The notes: a model not told the origin generated them from the letters alone. Shown: positions 26,101-35,569, counted from the stretch's first letter. The stretch is DNA of 64,000 nt from Dehalococcoidia bacterium (GCA_963668465.1 OY764542.1:1094153-1158152); one strand, 5' to 3'. A program made the numbers and translations.

Positions 26101-29100
26101 GCGCGGCCGCGGGGCATCCGTTGCTGGGGACCCGGCACGAGTCACCTCGCGGCGAGACGTCGTTCGAGTCGGAGCTATTCCCGGCGGACCCGGTCTGGCT
26201 AAACGATCACCGGGTGTTCGGGCGGGTAATCGCACCGGGCGCGCTGTACGGGGCGATGGCGGCGTCGGCGCTGGCGAACGCACAAGGGTCGGTGGCAGTG
26301 GAGGAGATGCAATTGCTCACCCCGCTGGTCCTGCCCGAACAGGACGGAGAGCAGGGTTCAAGGCAGGCGGGGCGGAGCGTGCAGATGGTGCTGGACGCTC
26401 CGGAAGGGACGTCGCCCCGGGGGTTCGAGATATTCAGCCGTGGCGATGGGGAAGAAGCGTGGACGCTGCACGCTCAGGGACGAGTGTCGTCGGCTGCGGA
26501 ACGGCAGGCACGCGAGCGGATCGACGTCGACCAACTCAAGGCCGGTCTGTCCGCAGTGGAACTGCCGGCGTTTTACCGGGCGCGCGCCGAAACGAACATC
26601 AACCTCGGTCCGTCGTTCCGAACGCTCCAGGGGCTCTGGCGCGGAGAGGGCAAGGCGATCGGCGAGATAGTGCTGCCCGAAGCGGTGGACGGCGCAGGGC
26701 TGCCCGTGCACCCGGTGCTGCTGGACGGCTGCTTCCAGGTGATGGCGGCGGCGCGCAACCGGGAGGGGAGCGAAGACGGAGCGACCTACCTGCCCTTCGG
26801 ATGGGAGCGGCTCTGGCTGGCGGAGCGATTGCCGGAACGGGTGGTCTGTCACGCCCGCATGCGGGAGAGCGTCCGCGAAGCGGGTAGCGATGGTGAAGCC
26901 GCCGAGCCGAGGGAGGTATTCGCTGGCGACCTGCGGTTCTACTCCGTGGACGGGGTCGAACTCGGCGGACTGAGCGGGTACACGGTGAAGCGGGCGACGC
27001 GAGCAGCCGTGCTGTCGGGGACCGAGGGAGTGAACGACCTTCTCTACGAGGTCATCTGGCGCGACAAGCCGCTTCCGCAAGGGATGCCATCCGCCGACTT
27101 CCTTCCGAGGCCGTCTGCCATCGCGGCGGGTTCCAATCCATTCTCAGGGTATCTGGTCGCGGAGGGTGTCGGAGCCGACGAACGAACAGCGCTGCTGACG
27201 GACCTCGAGCGGCTGTCGTGGCGGTACGCGCTCGCGGCGCTCGAACAGTTGGGCTGGAAGCGGCAGGCCGGAGAAGCGGTTGAGCCCGAACCCCTGCGGG
27301 AGCGGTTCGGGGTTTCGGCAGAGCACACACGACTGTTCCGTCGGCTGTTCGAACTGCAGGCGAGGGCCGGCGTCGTGGAGGCAGCAGGCGATGGCTTCGT
27401 CGTGCTGGCCGGGGGCGACGACCCACTCCCGGAAGCGGTGCCGAGCGATCCTGAGGCGTTCGCGGACGGGATGGCGTCGCGCTACGCGCATGGTTCGGTT
27501 GAAGTGGGACTGTTCCGGCGGTCCGCCGCAGCACTGGCGGAGGTGCTCGTCGGGAAGGCGGACCCGCTGACGCTGCTATTCAGCAGCGGGGAGCCGACCG
27601 CAGCCGACCTGTACATGCGGGCGCCGGTGGCGCGAGCGGCGAACCGGATGCTGGGCGACGCCGTCGCTGCGCTGCTGGAAGCGTTCCCGGATGGGCGTCG
27701 GTTGCGCGTGTTGGAGGTCGGCGCGGGCACGGGTTCGGCGACGGAACTGGTGTTGCCGGAGCTTCCAGCAGGCCGGTTCGACTACGTCTACACGGACATA
27801 TCGGCGGGCTTCTTCGCGGAGGCGGAGGGACGCTTCGGCGGGAGTGAAGCGTCGATCGAATACCGGGTGCTGGACGTCGAGAAGGACCCGGTGGCGCAGG
27901 GGTTCGACTCGCACGGGTACGACCTCGTCATCGCATCGAACGTGTTGCACGCGACACGCTACCTGGAGGAGACGCTCGCACACTGCCGTGACCTCCTCGC
28001 GCCGTCGGGGCAGTTGCTGGCGCTCGAGAACCTCCGCGGCCAAGGGTGGCTCGACCTCACATTCGGGCAGCTGGACGGCTGGTGGCGGTTCGCCGACTCC
28101 TACCGTCCGCATCATGCGCTGGCGAGCCCCGCGGTGTGGCGGCAGGCGCTCGGCGACGCGGGGTTCGTGGAGGCGGAGGTGCTGGGGGTGGAGGCGTCCG
28201 CATCGGCGGAGCCGGACAGGGGCGTCATCATGGCGCAGGGGCCGTCGGAAGTCATGGAACCGGCAGGCGTCTGGGTGCTCGCGGGCGACAAGGGCGGCGT
28301 GGGGGAGCAACTCGCGACGGAATTAGCGGGGCGCAACCAGACCGTGGTGCTGGCGGGCGCGGGGGTGGAAGGGGAGGACCGCGAGTCGTGGCGTTCGTTG
28401 CTGGAAGGGCTGCCTGTGGACCTGCCATTGAACGGCGTCGTCCATCTCATGGCGTTGGACGGGCATGGCCCGGATGCCACCACCGATGAGTTCGCACAAG
28501 ATGTAAGACATGCGGCGGCGAGCGCGCTTGCGCTCGTGCAGGGCATGACCGACGCCGACGTGACTCCCGTCAAGGGATTGTGGTTGGTCACGCGCGGCGG
28601 ACAGGTGCTGGAGAAGGAGCACGGCGGAGAGATCGCCGGCGCGACGCTGTGGGGGTTCGGGAAGGTGGTGGCGCGGGAGGCGGCGCACCTGCAACCGAGG
28701 ATGATCGACCTCGATCCGGGAGCGCCAGCGTCGATGTCGGATCTCGTCAACGAACTGCTGTACCCGGACTCGGAGACGCATATCGCCCATCGCCGGGGGT
28801 ACCGTCAGGTAGCAAGACTGGTTCGGGCCGGAAGCGCAACCGAGCGGTTGGCGCTGTCAGAAGACTCGGCCTGGCTGCTGGAGCCGGACGCAGGCGGTGC
28901 GCTCGAAGGGCTGCAGATAGGCCCCTTCCCTGCCCGTCCGCTGGAGCCGCGAGACGTCCGGATCGCGGTCGAGGCTGCGGGGCTCAACTTCTGGGACCTG
29001 TTCCGCGCGCTCGGCCTCATCGACGAAGGGTTGCTGGGCGGCGAGTTCTGTGGGCGGGTGCTCGGAGTGGGTAGCGATGTGACCAGCGTCTCGGTGGGAG

Positions 29101-32100
29101 AGCGGGTTGTTGGGCTGGCGTTCGGGACGTTCGGGTCCGAGGCCATCACGCGGGAGGAGATGGTTGCGCCTGCGCCGCCAGGGTTCCCGGTAGCGGACCT
29201 CGCCACGATCCCGACGGCGTTCGTGTCGGCGGCGCTCTCGTTCGACCTTTCGGGGCTGAACCCCGGCGACCGGGTGCTCATCCATTCCGGCGCGGGAGGC
29301 GTGGGGCTGGCCGCCATACAACTGGCGCAGGCGGCGGGGGCCGAGGTGTTCGCGACCGCGAGCGCGCCGAAGCAGGCGTATCTCCGCGAGTTGGGCGTAC
29401 AGCACGTATTCGACAGCCGCTCGACGAAGTTCGGGCAGGAGATACTCGACGCTACGGGCGGCGAGGGCGTTCACGTCGTGGTGAACAGCCTGACGGGAGA
29501 GGGCTTCATCGATGCGAGCTTGTCGTGTCTCGCGCAGGGCGGGCGGTTCATCGAACTGGCCCGGTTGGACATCCTGTCCGAGGAGGAGATGGCGGCGGTA
29601 CGGCCTGACGTCTCCTACTCGATCCTGATGCTGGACGTGCTGAAGGAGCATGACCCTGCGACGCCCGGGAACGCCCTGAGGCGCGTCATGCGGCAGCTGG
29701 CAGCGGGCGAGGTGACGCCGCTCGTCCATACCCGGTGGTCGATGACCGAAACCGGGCCTGCGATGAAGTTCATGCGGGCGGCACGGCACATCGGAAAGAT
29801 CGTCCTGGCGAACTCGCCCGTCGAGAGCGGGAGGCTGCGTGAGGACAGGACGTACCTCGTGACCGGCGGACTCGGTGGCATCGGGTGTGCGCTGGCGGAG
29901 TGGCTGGCAGAGCGGGGCGCAGGCGCTATCGTGCTGAATGGGCGTCGTCCTCCAGACCCCGAGGTGGCCGAGGCCATCGATGCCTTGCGCGAGCGCGGTG
30001 TGACCGTGCAGGTGGAGACCGCGGACGTGACGGACGCGGCGGCGGTCGACGGGATGCTGGAGCGCATCGATGCGACGCTGCCGCCGCTGGCGGGCGTCAT
30101 CCACAGCGTGGGTGTGCTGTCGGACGCGGCGCTGACGAACCAGAGCTGGGAGCGATTCGAGGACGTGCTTTGGCCAAAGGTGCTGGGGGCCTGGCACTTG
30201 CACCGCGCGACCATCGGACGCGACCTCGACATGTTCGTTCTGTTCTCGAGCGTGGCGGGGGTGCTGGGCAACCCGGGGCAGGCGAACCACGCCGCGGCCA
30301 ACGCATTCCTCGACCAGCTCGCCGGTCACCGGCGGGCGCTGGGGCTTCCCGGCCAGACCATCGCGTGGGGCGCGTGGTCGGGGCTGGGCGAGGCGGAGGA
30401 ACAGCGAGAGCGCATCGCGAGGCAGTTGGAGGCAGCGGGAACGGGCTGGATCACGCCGGAGCAGGGGCTCAAGGCGTTCGACGAGGTGCTGCGGCAGGAC
30501 ATGACCACCGGGATGGTGGCGTCGGTGGACTGGCAGGTCTTTTCGGAGGGGCACGAGCAACGTCCGCCATTGTTGAAGGAGCTGCTGGCCACGACCGAGG
30601 ACAGCGCCGCCGAGGCGGCTACGTCGCCGGGCGACATGCTGTCCGGCCTCTTGGACGCGTCGCTGGCGGAGCGTGAGCAGATGCTGGCATCGTTCCTGCA
30701 GCGGGAACTGCAGGCGGTGATGCGTCTGCCGACTCCTCCGGCCGCATCGGTGGAGTTCTCCGAGCTGGGGATGGACTCGCTGATGGCGGTGGAGTTACGC
30801 AACCGTGTGAACCGCGCATTCGCCGGAGAGTACGTGGCGCCGAACACTGTGGTGTTCGATTACCCGAGCGTCACGGCGCTCGCGCGTCACCTGGCCGGAG
30901 AGCTCGGTGAGCCTGCCGAAGCGGCGCTCCCGGAGCGGCGCGCGCCGGAAGTGCAAGTGCGGTCCGTCGTGGGAGACGGCATCGCCATCGTTGGGATGGC
31001 GTGCCGGTTCCCCGGCGCGGAGGACCTCTCGGCTTTCTGGCGCCAATTGGAAGCAGGCGAGAGCGCAATAGCAGACGGGCGCGAGGGGTCCGGCGACTGG
31101 AATGGCGCCGTAGGAGACCCTGCGGTGACAGACGCTTCCTACGTGCGGGGAGGGTTCGTCAAGGACATCGATCTGTTCGACTCCCGGTTCTTCCGTATCG
31201 CCCCGATCGAGGCCCGGATGATGGACCCGCAGCAGCGGATGATGCTGGAGACGAGCTGGCAGGCGCTGGAGGATGCGGGCATAGACCCTGACCGGTTGCG
31301 GGGCAGCCGCACGGGGGTCTACGCGGGCGTCGGGGGCAGCGAATACCGGGACCTCATCCAGACCAGCGGCAGGTTCAACAGCTACCTCGGCACCACAGGG
31401 AGCGTGACCGTTGGCCGCGTTGCGTTCGCGCTGGGCCTGGAGGGGCCCGCGATGCCGATGGACATGGCGTGCGCGTCGTCGCTGGCCGCCGTGCACCAGG
31501 CGGTTGCCGGCCTGCAGCGGGGCGAGGTGGACCTCGCGCTTGCGGGCGGCGTGAACGCTGTGCTGTCCGCGTCGGTCACGAGGTTCATGGCGGACCTCGG
31601 CATGTTGTCGGCCAACGGCGAGTGCAGGACGTTCGACGCAGCCGCGGATGGTTACGTGCGGGGCGAGGGCTGCGGTATCGTGGTGCTGAAGCGCCTTAGC
31701 GACGCGGAGGCAGACGGCGACCGGATATGGGGCGTCATCCGCGGCTCCGCGGTGAACCAGAACGGCGCGAGCATGGGGCTGACCGTCCCCAAGGGGCCGG
31801 CGCAGGAACGCGTTATCGAGGAAGCACTCGCACGGGCGGGCGTCGAACCCTCGGAAGTGGACTACCTGGAAGCGCACGGGGTCGGGTCGAACCTGGGCGA
31901 CCCCGTCGAGGTGCGCGCGGCGGCGGCGGTGTACGGCAGGGGGCGCGAAGCAGACCGCCCGCTCCTCGTGGGGTCCGTGAAGACGAACATCGGCCACCTG
32001 GAGTCCGCAGCGGGCATCGCCGCCTTCATCAAGGCTGTGCTCGCGATGGAGCACGGCGTAATCCCGAAGCACCTGCACCTCGACAACCCGAACCCCAACC

Positions 32101-33266
32101 TGGATTGGGAGCAACTCCCCGTACAGGTGACCACGGCCATGACCGACTGGCCGCCCGTCTCCGGCCGTCCGCCACGAGCAGGTGTGAGCGCGTTCGGACT
32201 CTCGGGCACCAACTCGCACGTCATAGTCGAGGGCTACGGAGAGCCGGACGCTGGCGGTGGGAACGGCTGGCCTGCGGGGCCTGCGGTACCGATCGCCGTT
32301 CCTGCGCCGGAGTCCGCAATCGATGGAACGCTCACGGTGCGAGGAACCCGGTTGCTGCCCCTCTCAGGGAAGACGGACCGCGCCCTGCGAGAGCTTGCCG
32401 GGCGCTATCTGTCGTGGCTGGACGAACATCCTGAGCTGTTCCCGCCCGGGTGTACCGGGAGCGATGAAGCGCTGTCTGACTTGACCTGGACGGCGAGCGT
32501 TGGACGCAGCCACTTCCCGTACCGCGCGGGCGTGGTGTTCCGGGATGTGGCATCGCTGCGCGCCCGGCTGCGGGCCGTGAGCGAAGAGGACGAGATGCCT
32601 GACGGGCAGGAGCCGCGAGTCGCGTCGAGGGTCGCTTTCGTCTACAACGGCGAAATTGGCCAGTGGGCAGAGGTGGGACAGGCGCTATACGAGAGCGAAC
32701 CGGTGTTCCGTGCGGTGCTGGACCGGTGCGATGCAGCGCTACGTGAGGTGCGCGGCGCTTCGCTGCTGGACGTGATGTTCGGTCGGTCTGGCGCTGCGGG
32801 TGGCCTCGACGATCCGGCATGGACGCAGCCTGCGATCTACGCCTTGGAATGCGCGCTGACGGCCCTCTGGTCAAGCGTGGGTGTGCGTCCGGACGTGGTT
32901 GTGGGCCACGACCGAGGCGAGACAGCAGCGTCGCAGGCGGCAGGCGTATTCAGCCTCGAGGATGGCCTGCGATTTGCAGCAACGCGCGGCGAGTTGATGG
33001 CATCAGGTGCGGAGACCAGCCTCGGAGCGGCCCTCGACGGAGTGGTTGTTGCTTCGCCGTCCATACCTCTGGTTCGTAGCCTCACGGAAGAGCCTGGGAT
33101 CGACTTCTCGGTCGAGTTGAACCCGAACGGCGGGTTCCTGGACGCGGTAGCCGAGGCATACGAGGCCGGCCTCCCGCTCTCGTTCCCGGGGCTGTTCGCT
33201 GGGGAGTCCAGGCGGCGTGTCTCACTACCGGGGTATCCGTTCCAGCGCAGACGTCACTGGGTCTAG
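23193..33266 (+). CDS. Type I polyketide synthase: KS-AT-DH-cMT-ER-KR-ACP-KS-AT(degenerate), with no terminal ACP or TE
   Basis: KS1 DTACSSS (about 23770) with EAHGTGT and KTNIGH. AT1 GHSLGE (25266-25283). DH HPLLG..P and LLDGCFQ. Methyltransferase LEVGAGTGS. MDR-type ER HSGAGGVGLAAIQ. KR TGGLGGIG. ACP GMDSL (Ser codon 30777-30779). KS2 DMACASS (Cys codon 31470-31472). AT2 GHDRGE (32904-32921) with large internal deletions. The ORF ends at YPFQRRRHWV. Confidence 0.9.
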   Translation: MASEGKVDSSRLPSESVGGEPIAVVGMACRFPSATGLPAFWRQLEAGESAVIEGVPGSGVGRVGYLFPDAAVQAEACRFGAYIDEIDQFDAGFFRISPVEAQLLDPQQRLMLETSWRALEDAGIDPDTLKGSRTGVYAGISNNEYRGLILGVSDTADPATSLYTVTGTSFNTAIGRVAFALGLQGPAIAVDTACSSSLVAVHQAIVGLQRGEADLALAGGVHAILSGRLLELRANAGMLAPDGQCKTFDAAANGYVRGEGCGLLVLKRLSEAEADGDRIWGVIRGSALNQDGASQGLTVPSESAQEQVIEAALLRAGLEPWEVDYVEAHGTGTPVGDPIEMQATGTVYSRGREADRPLLVGSVKTNIGHLESAAGAASLIKVMLAMKHRVIPKHLNFRNPNPEIDWERMTVRVASETMEWPVVPNRPPRAGVSGFGWSGTNAHVIVEGYGEPIAADAGNGLPAGPSVAIAVAQAEAGHPHPSLPPSRGKGPEVSTAEEWELAARGTRLLPLSGKSRQALREQAERYIAWLDEHPEQFPHDGAASGEALSDMAWTASVGRSHFPHRSGVVFRNAASLRERLREVVEGDDTPDGPEPKPASKVAFVYTGQGSQWVGMGEALYESEPVFRAVLDRCERWVQEHRGASLLDVLFGRPGATGSLDDPMWTQPATYALQCGLTALWSSLGVHPDVVMGHSLGEIAASQTAGVFSLEDGLRFAATRGELMASLPVSGAMAAVFAPEAHVGAALEEWNAATEGLGLSVAADNGAHQVVSGEAGEVEQIVQRFEAEGLRVNRLRSSPGYHSVLVEPALDDLAAVVGDLAVAPPSIPLVSNVTGRLIAQGGVQDPAYWRRHARQPVAFRGCVETLAEMGVDAVVELGPHTVLGPMASLAWPETSAAPAVLSSLHRPPRDPAEPIVDSTGGFIEGVAAAYEADIPFSFAGLFAGESRRRVALPGYPFQRQSYWVDEVRRRRAAAGHPLLGTRHESPRGETSFESELFPADPVWLNDHRVFGRVIAPGALYGAMAASALANAQGSVAVEEMQLLTPLVLPEQDGEQGSRQAGRSVQMVLDAPEGTSPRGFEIFSRGDGEEAWTLHAQGRVSSAAERQARERIDVDQLKAGLSAVELPAFYRARAETNINLGPSFRTLQGLWRGEGKAIGEIVLPEAVDGAGLPVHPVLLDGCFQVMAAARNREGSEDGATYLPFGWERLWLAERLPERVVCHARMRESVREAGSDGEAAEPREVFAGDLRFYSVDGVELGGLSGYTVKRATRAAVLSGTEGVNDLLYEVIWRDKPLPQGMPSADFLPRPSAIAAGSNPFSGYLVAEGVGADERTALLTDLERLSWRYALAALEQLGWKRQAGEAVEPEPLRERFGVSAEHTRLFRRLFELQARAGVVEAAGDGFVVLAGGDDPLPEAVPSDPEAFADGMASRYAHGSVEVGLFRRSAAALAEVLVGKADPLTLLFSSGEPTAADLYMRAPVARAANRMLGDAVAALLEAFPDGRRLRVLEVGAGTGSATELVLPELPAGRFDYVYTDISAGFFAEAEGRFGGSEASIEYRVLDVEKDPVAQGFDSHGYDLVIASNVLHATRYLEETLAHCRDLLAPSGQLLALENLRGQGWLDLTFGQLDGWWRFADSYRPHHALASPAVWRQALGDAGFVEAEVLGVEASASAEPDRGVIMAQGPSEVMEPAGVWVLAGDKGGVGEQLATELAGRNQTVVLAGAGVEGEDRESWRSLLEGLPVDLPLNGVVHLMALDGHGPDATTDEFAQDVRHAAASALALVQGMTDADVTPVKGLWLVTRGGQVLEKEHGGEIAGATLWGFGKVVAREAAHLQPRMIDLDPGAPASMSDLVNELLYPDSETHIAHRRGYRQVARLVRAGSATERLALSEDSAWLLEPDAGGALEGLQIGPFPARPLEPRDVRIAVEAAGLNFWDLFRALGLIDEGLLGGEFCGRVLGVGSDVTSVSVGERVVGLAFGTFGSEAITREEMVAPAPPGFPVADLATIPTAFVSAALSFDLSGLNPGDRVLIHSGAGGVGLAAIQLAQAAGAEVFATASAPKQAYLRELGVQHVFDSRSTKFGQEILDATGGEGVHVVVNSLTGEGFIDASLSCLAQGGRFIELARLDILSEEEMAAVRPDVSYSILMLDVLKEHDPATPGNALRRVMRQLAAGEVTPLVHTRWSMTETGPAMKFMRAARHIGKIVLANSPVESGRLREDRTYLVTGGLGGIGCALAEWLAERGAGAIVLNGRRPPDPEVAEAIDALRERGVTVQVETADVTDAAAVDGMLERIDATLPPLAGVIHSVGVLSDAALTNQSWERFEDVLWPKVLGAWHLHRATIGRDLDMFVLFSSVAGVLGNPGQANHAAANAFLDQLAGHRRALGLPGQTIAWGAWSGLGEAEEQRERIARQLEAAGTGWITPEQGLKAFDEVLRQDMTTGMVASVDWQVFSEGHEQRPPLLKELLATTEDSAAEAATSPGDMLSGLLDASLAEREQMLASFLQRELQAVMRLPTPPAASVEFSELGMDSLMAVELRNRVNRAFAGEYVAPNTVVFDYPSVTALARHLAGELGEPAEAALPERRAPEVQVRSVVGDGIAIVGMACRFPGAEDLSAFWRQLEAGESAIADGREGSGDWNGAVGDPAVTDASYVRGGFVKDIDLFDSRFFRIAPIEARMMDPQQRMMLETSWQALEDAGIDPDRLRGSRTGVYAGVGGSEYRDLIQTSGRFNSYLGTTGSVTVGRVAFALGLEGPAMPMDMACASSLAAVHQAVAGLQRGEVDLALAGGVNAVLSASVTRFMADLGMLSANGECRTFDAAADGYVRGEGCGIVVLKRLSDAEADGDRIWGVIRGSAVNQNGASMGLTVPKGPAQERVIEEALARAGVEPSEVDYLEAHGVGSNLGDPVEVRAAAAVYGRGREADRPLLVGSVKTNIGHLESAAGIAAFIKAVLAMEHGVIPKHLHLDNPNPNLDWEQLPVQVTTAMTDWPPVSGRPPRAGVSAFGLSGTNSHVIVEGYGEPDAGGGNGWPAGPAVPIAVPAPESAIDGTLTVRGTRLLPLSGKTDRALRELAGRYLSWLDEHPELFPPGCTGSDEALSDLTWTASVGRSHFPYRAGVVFRDVASLRARLRAVSEEDEMPDGQEPRVASRVAFVYNGEIGQWAEVGQALYESEPVFRAVLDRCDAALREVRGASLLDVMFGRSGAAGGLDDPAWTQPAIYALECALTALWSSVGVRPDVVVGHDRGETAASQAAGVFSLEDGLRFAATRGELMASGAETSLGAALDGVVVASPSIPLVRSLTEEPGIDFSVELNPNGGFLDAVAEAYEAGLPLSFPGLFAGESRRRVSLPGYPFQRRRHWV
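24624..24666 (+). repeat. REP-like 43-nt palindromic element, copy b, inside the PKS coding sequence (KS1-AT1 linker)
   Basis: cacccccatcctagccttcccccatcgagggggaagggaccgg; translated in-frame as HPHPSLPPSRGKGP. The paralogous KS2-AT2 linker lacks this stretch. Confidence 0.8.
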
Positions 33267-33294
33267 GGCGCCACACGAACGTTTAGCTCTGAAG

Positions 33295-34203
33295 TCAGAT
33301 AGCCCTGACCTCATCCAGGAATGCAAGCATCGTTTCAACGCATTCGCGAGGCTCTTCCAGTTGCAGGAAATGTGTCGTATCCGGCAAAAAGTCGTAGCCG
33401 ACGCTTTCGATGTCGCTGAGATCAAGAGTAGGGAGATAAGAGTATGGAAGGGTAGGATCGGCTCCGATGACCTTCACGGGGCAAAGGAAGGAATCGAAGT
33501 CGACTCCCATGGCGTAGACGCCGGCATACTCGATCATCCGGGCTTCGTATTCACGAGGGCATCGCAGCTGATAACCATCCCCGTCGTCGCTCCTGCGCAG
33601 TGTCGTCCGAGCAACCAAGTCGTGGACTCCCGGAACGACCTTTCTGTACAGGGGCGCCAGAGGAAGAACCTCCATGAGCTGCTCCAGCGAATGGAATCGC
33701 TCAGTACGGTGGCGGGCTATGTATGCGGTGCGGATCGCCACGGCATCGAATTCTTCGTAGCTTCGACCAGGCTTGCATAGAGGCGGGTCGAACAGGACAA
33801 GCGCCGAGTAGTCCTTTCCCCTGGCCTGGGACAGGAGCGATACCAGCGCTGAAACGGAGTGGAAGACCCCAATCGTGGGTTTGGCTCCGAAGTGCAGGTT
33901 GACGGCTTCGAGGATGCGGTCATGGTCGGCGACGTGAGTTGGGATGTGGTGCTTCTCGATCGGGCTGAGGCGATTCCAGCCGTGGTTACGCAAGTCATAC
34001 ACGATGACGTCGAAGTCGTTGGTGAGGAGAGACCAGAACGGATAGTAGAGGTCGATGGCGAGACCGTTGCCGTGACTCAGGAGAAGCCGGGGTCCATCCG
34101 GATTGCCGTGACGCCGCAGCGTAATGACCGTGTCGGCATCCACTCGCACGTCGAGTGTGGAGAGAGGTTCTGGCACCTGCCAGACCGCTTCCGCAGGTGG
34201 CAT
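33295..34203 (-). CDS. Alpha/beta-hydrolase fold protein; candidate chain-releasing or editing hydrolase
   Basis: About 302 aa. HGNG oxyanion-like motif, nucleophile-elbow-like GVFHSVSA, and a C-terminal ..DTTHF.. His. The ATG overlaps the PPTase stop (TGATG). Confidence 0.65.
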   Translation of the reverse strand: MPPAEAVWQVPEPLSTLDVRVDADTVITLRRHGNPDGPRLLLSHGNGLAIDLYYPFWSLLTNDFDVIVYDLRNHGWNRLSPIEKHHIPTHVADHDRILEAVNLHFGAKPTIGVFHSVSALVSLLSQARGKDYSALVLFDPPLCKPGRSYEEFDAVAIRTAYIARHRTERFHSLEQLMEVLPLAPLYRKVVPGVHDLVARTTLRRSDDGDGYQLRCPREYEARMIEYAGVYAMGVDFDSFLCPVKVIGADPTLPYSYLPTLDLSDIESVGYDFLPDTTHFLQLEEPRECVETMLAFLDEVRAI

Positions 34204-34970
34204 CAACGTGCAAGGCCTGTAAGGGGATGGGCGTTCAGATCGGATCCGGCCAGGGAGGTGGCTGGGCTTAGTTCGTGGGCGATGGCCGCAACGAAGTCCT
34301 TGTTCTCGAAACCATGCACAAACCAGCGGTCCGACGGCGCCTGGGGAAACGTGAAGATAGCGGAGTTGGCGCCACGGCGCATCGCCGGCGGGACTTCGAA
34401 TGAGGATGCGTCCAGGGACAGACCCGTTCCCAGGGCTTTGACGAGGGCTTCCTTGACCGTCCAGAGCTTGAAGAAAGCACGATGTCTGTCACTGCCTGTG
34501 GTTGAAGCGAGATCCGCTTGCTCAGCAGGCGTGAATACGGCATCGATGAGAATGTCCACATTGCGGTGGGGAGTGCACTCCTCCACGTCGACGCCCAACC
34601 GACCCTCAGGGGCAAGCGCAACGAGTCCGTGTTCCCCGCTGTGGCTGACGTTGAAGCTGATGCAAGCGGGAAGCCCCTGCACGATGGCGAATGGCTTCTC
34701 GTGCTCTGAGGCCCCGAAAGCAAGTTGCTCGTTGCAGCAGCCGAGGTCGTGACTCAGCAGCGCACGGAGAGCAGCGCGGCAGAGTGTGAAACGGCGTCGC
34801 GGCCCAGGGTTGGTGAATCTGGAGGCACGCGCCCGCTCTTGCTCATCCAGCCAGGAGAACGCTTCGGCTTCTCTGGCTGGATGAGGGCTCAGATCGACAT
34901 GCGAGACGACAGCGCTTCCGACCTGTCCGATAGAACTCCACCAGTGTCCGGTGACGGAAGAGGTCGCCAT
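34203..34970 (-). CDS. Sfp-type 4'-phosphopantetheinyl transferase
   Basis: FNVSHSG, LGVDVE and FKLWTVKEALVKALG motifs. Confidence 0.85.
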   Translation of the reverse strand: MATSSVTGHWWSSIGQVGSAVVSHVDLSPHPAREAEAFSWLDEQERARASRFTNPGPRRRFTLCRAALRALLSHDLGCCNEQLAFGASEHEKPFAIVQGLPACISFNVSHSGEHGLVALAPEGRLGVDVEECTPHRNVDILIDAVFTPAEQADLASTTGSDRHRAFFKLWTVKEALVKALGTGLSLDASSFEVPPAMRRGANSAIFTFPQAPSDRWFVHGFENKDFVAAIAHELSPATSLAGSDLNAHPLTGLAR

Positions 34971-34991
34971 TGCACGTCTGTCTAAACCGGA

Positions 34992-35237
34992 CTAGGCGGA
35001 TTTGCTGTCGAGGAAGGCAACAACCTTCGGGAGGTCCGTCAGGGCAGCGCAGTCGTCAGGAGTGAAGGTGACGTTGAAGTCCTGGGCTATCAGCTTCGCC
35101 AGTGCAACGATGTCTGTGGAAGACACTCCGGCGTCCACCAGGCTGAGGTTCAAGTCCTCCGGGACGTCCAAGGCCTTGCCATCCACTTCGATGTTCTCAC
35201 TGACCAGCTGCCTGATCCGTTCCGCGCTTGAGGCCAT
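34992..35237 (-). CDS. Discrete acyl/peptidyl carrier protein
   Basis: 81 aa; LVDAGVSSTDIVALAKLI resembles the carrier-protein Ser-attachment helix. AAGGAG lies upstream of ATG 35237. The track ORF extends further upstream. Confidence 0.65.
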   Translation of the reverse strand: MASSAERIRQLVSENIEVDGKALDVPEDLNLSLVDAGVSSTDIVALAKLIAQDFNVTFTPDDCAALTDLPKVVAFLDSKSA

Positions 35238-35412
35238 CAGGGTAACTCCTTTCGGGGGTCCGCATGGGTGCGGGAGGCGTTGGCACGAGGATAGCGACAC
35301 ACTCCCGACGGGGTCAAGTTCGAGTGCCGAAACTCCGGCCTCGTGACGCCGTCAGGCGAGGACTACCGCGGGGCTAAGAGTAGCCAGGTTTTGAGCCTCC
35401 AGGACACCGTGT

Positions 35413-35569
35413 GACATCTGCCCTTTTCGCGGTTGGGCATGCAATTCCTAACCTCTTCCGCACACCCGTGGCAGTCAACACGGGCACCAGGAGAGGTGAC
35501 AGGAATGCTGACCAAAGTGAATACGTGTGCGCTTACCGGACACGACGGGCAGATCATCGAGGTGGAAGT
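35413..35569 (+). pseudogene. Truncated duplicate of the comM/yifB 5' end plus its upstream leader (left direct repeat)
   Basis: About 93% identical by eye (10 substitutions and 1 indel) to 38145-38302. It includes ATG 35505 and about 21 conserved codons (MLTKVNTCALTG.DGQIIEVEV), after which similarity stops. Confidence 0.8.
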
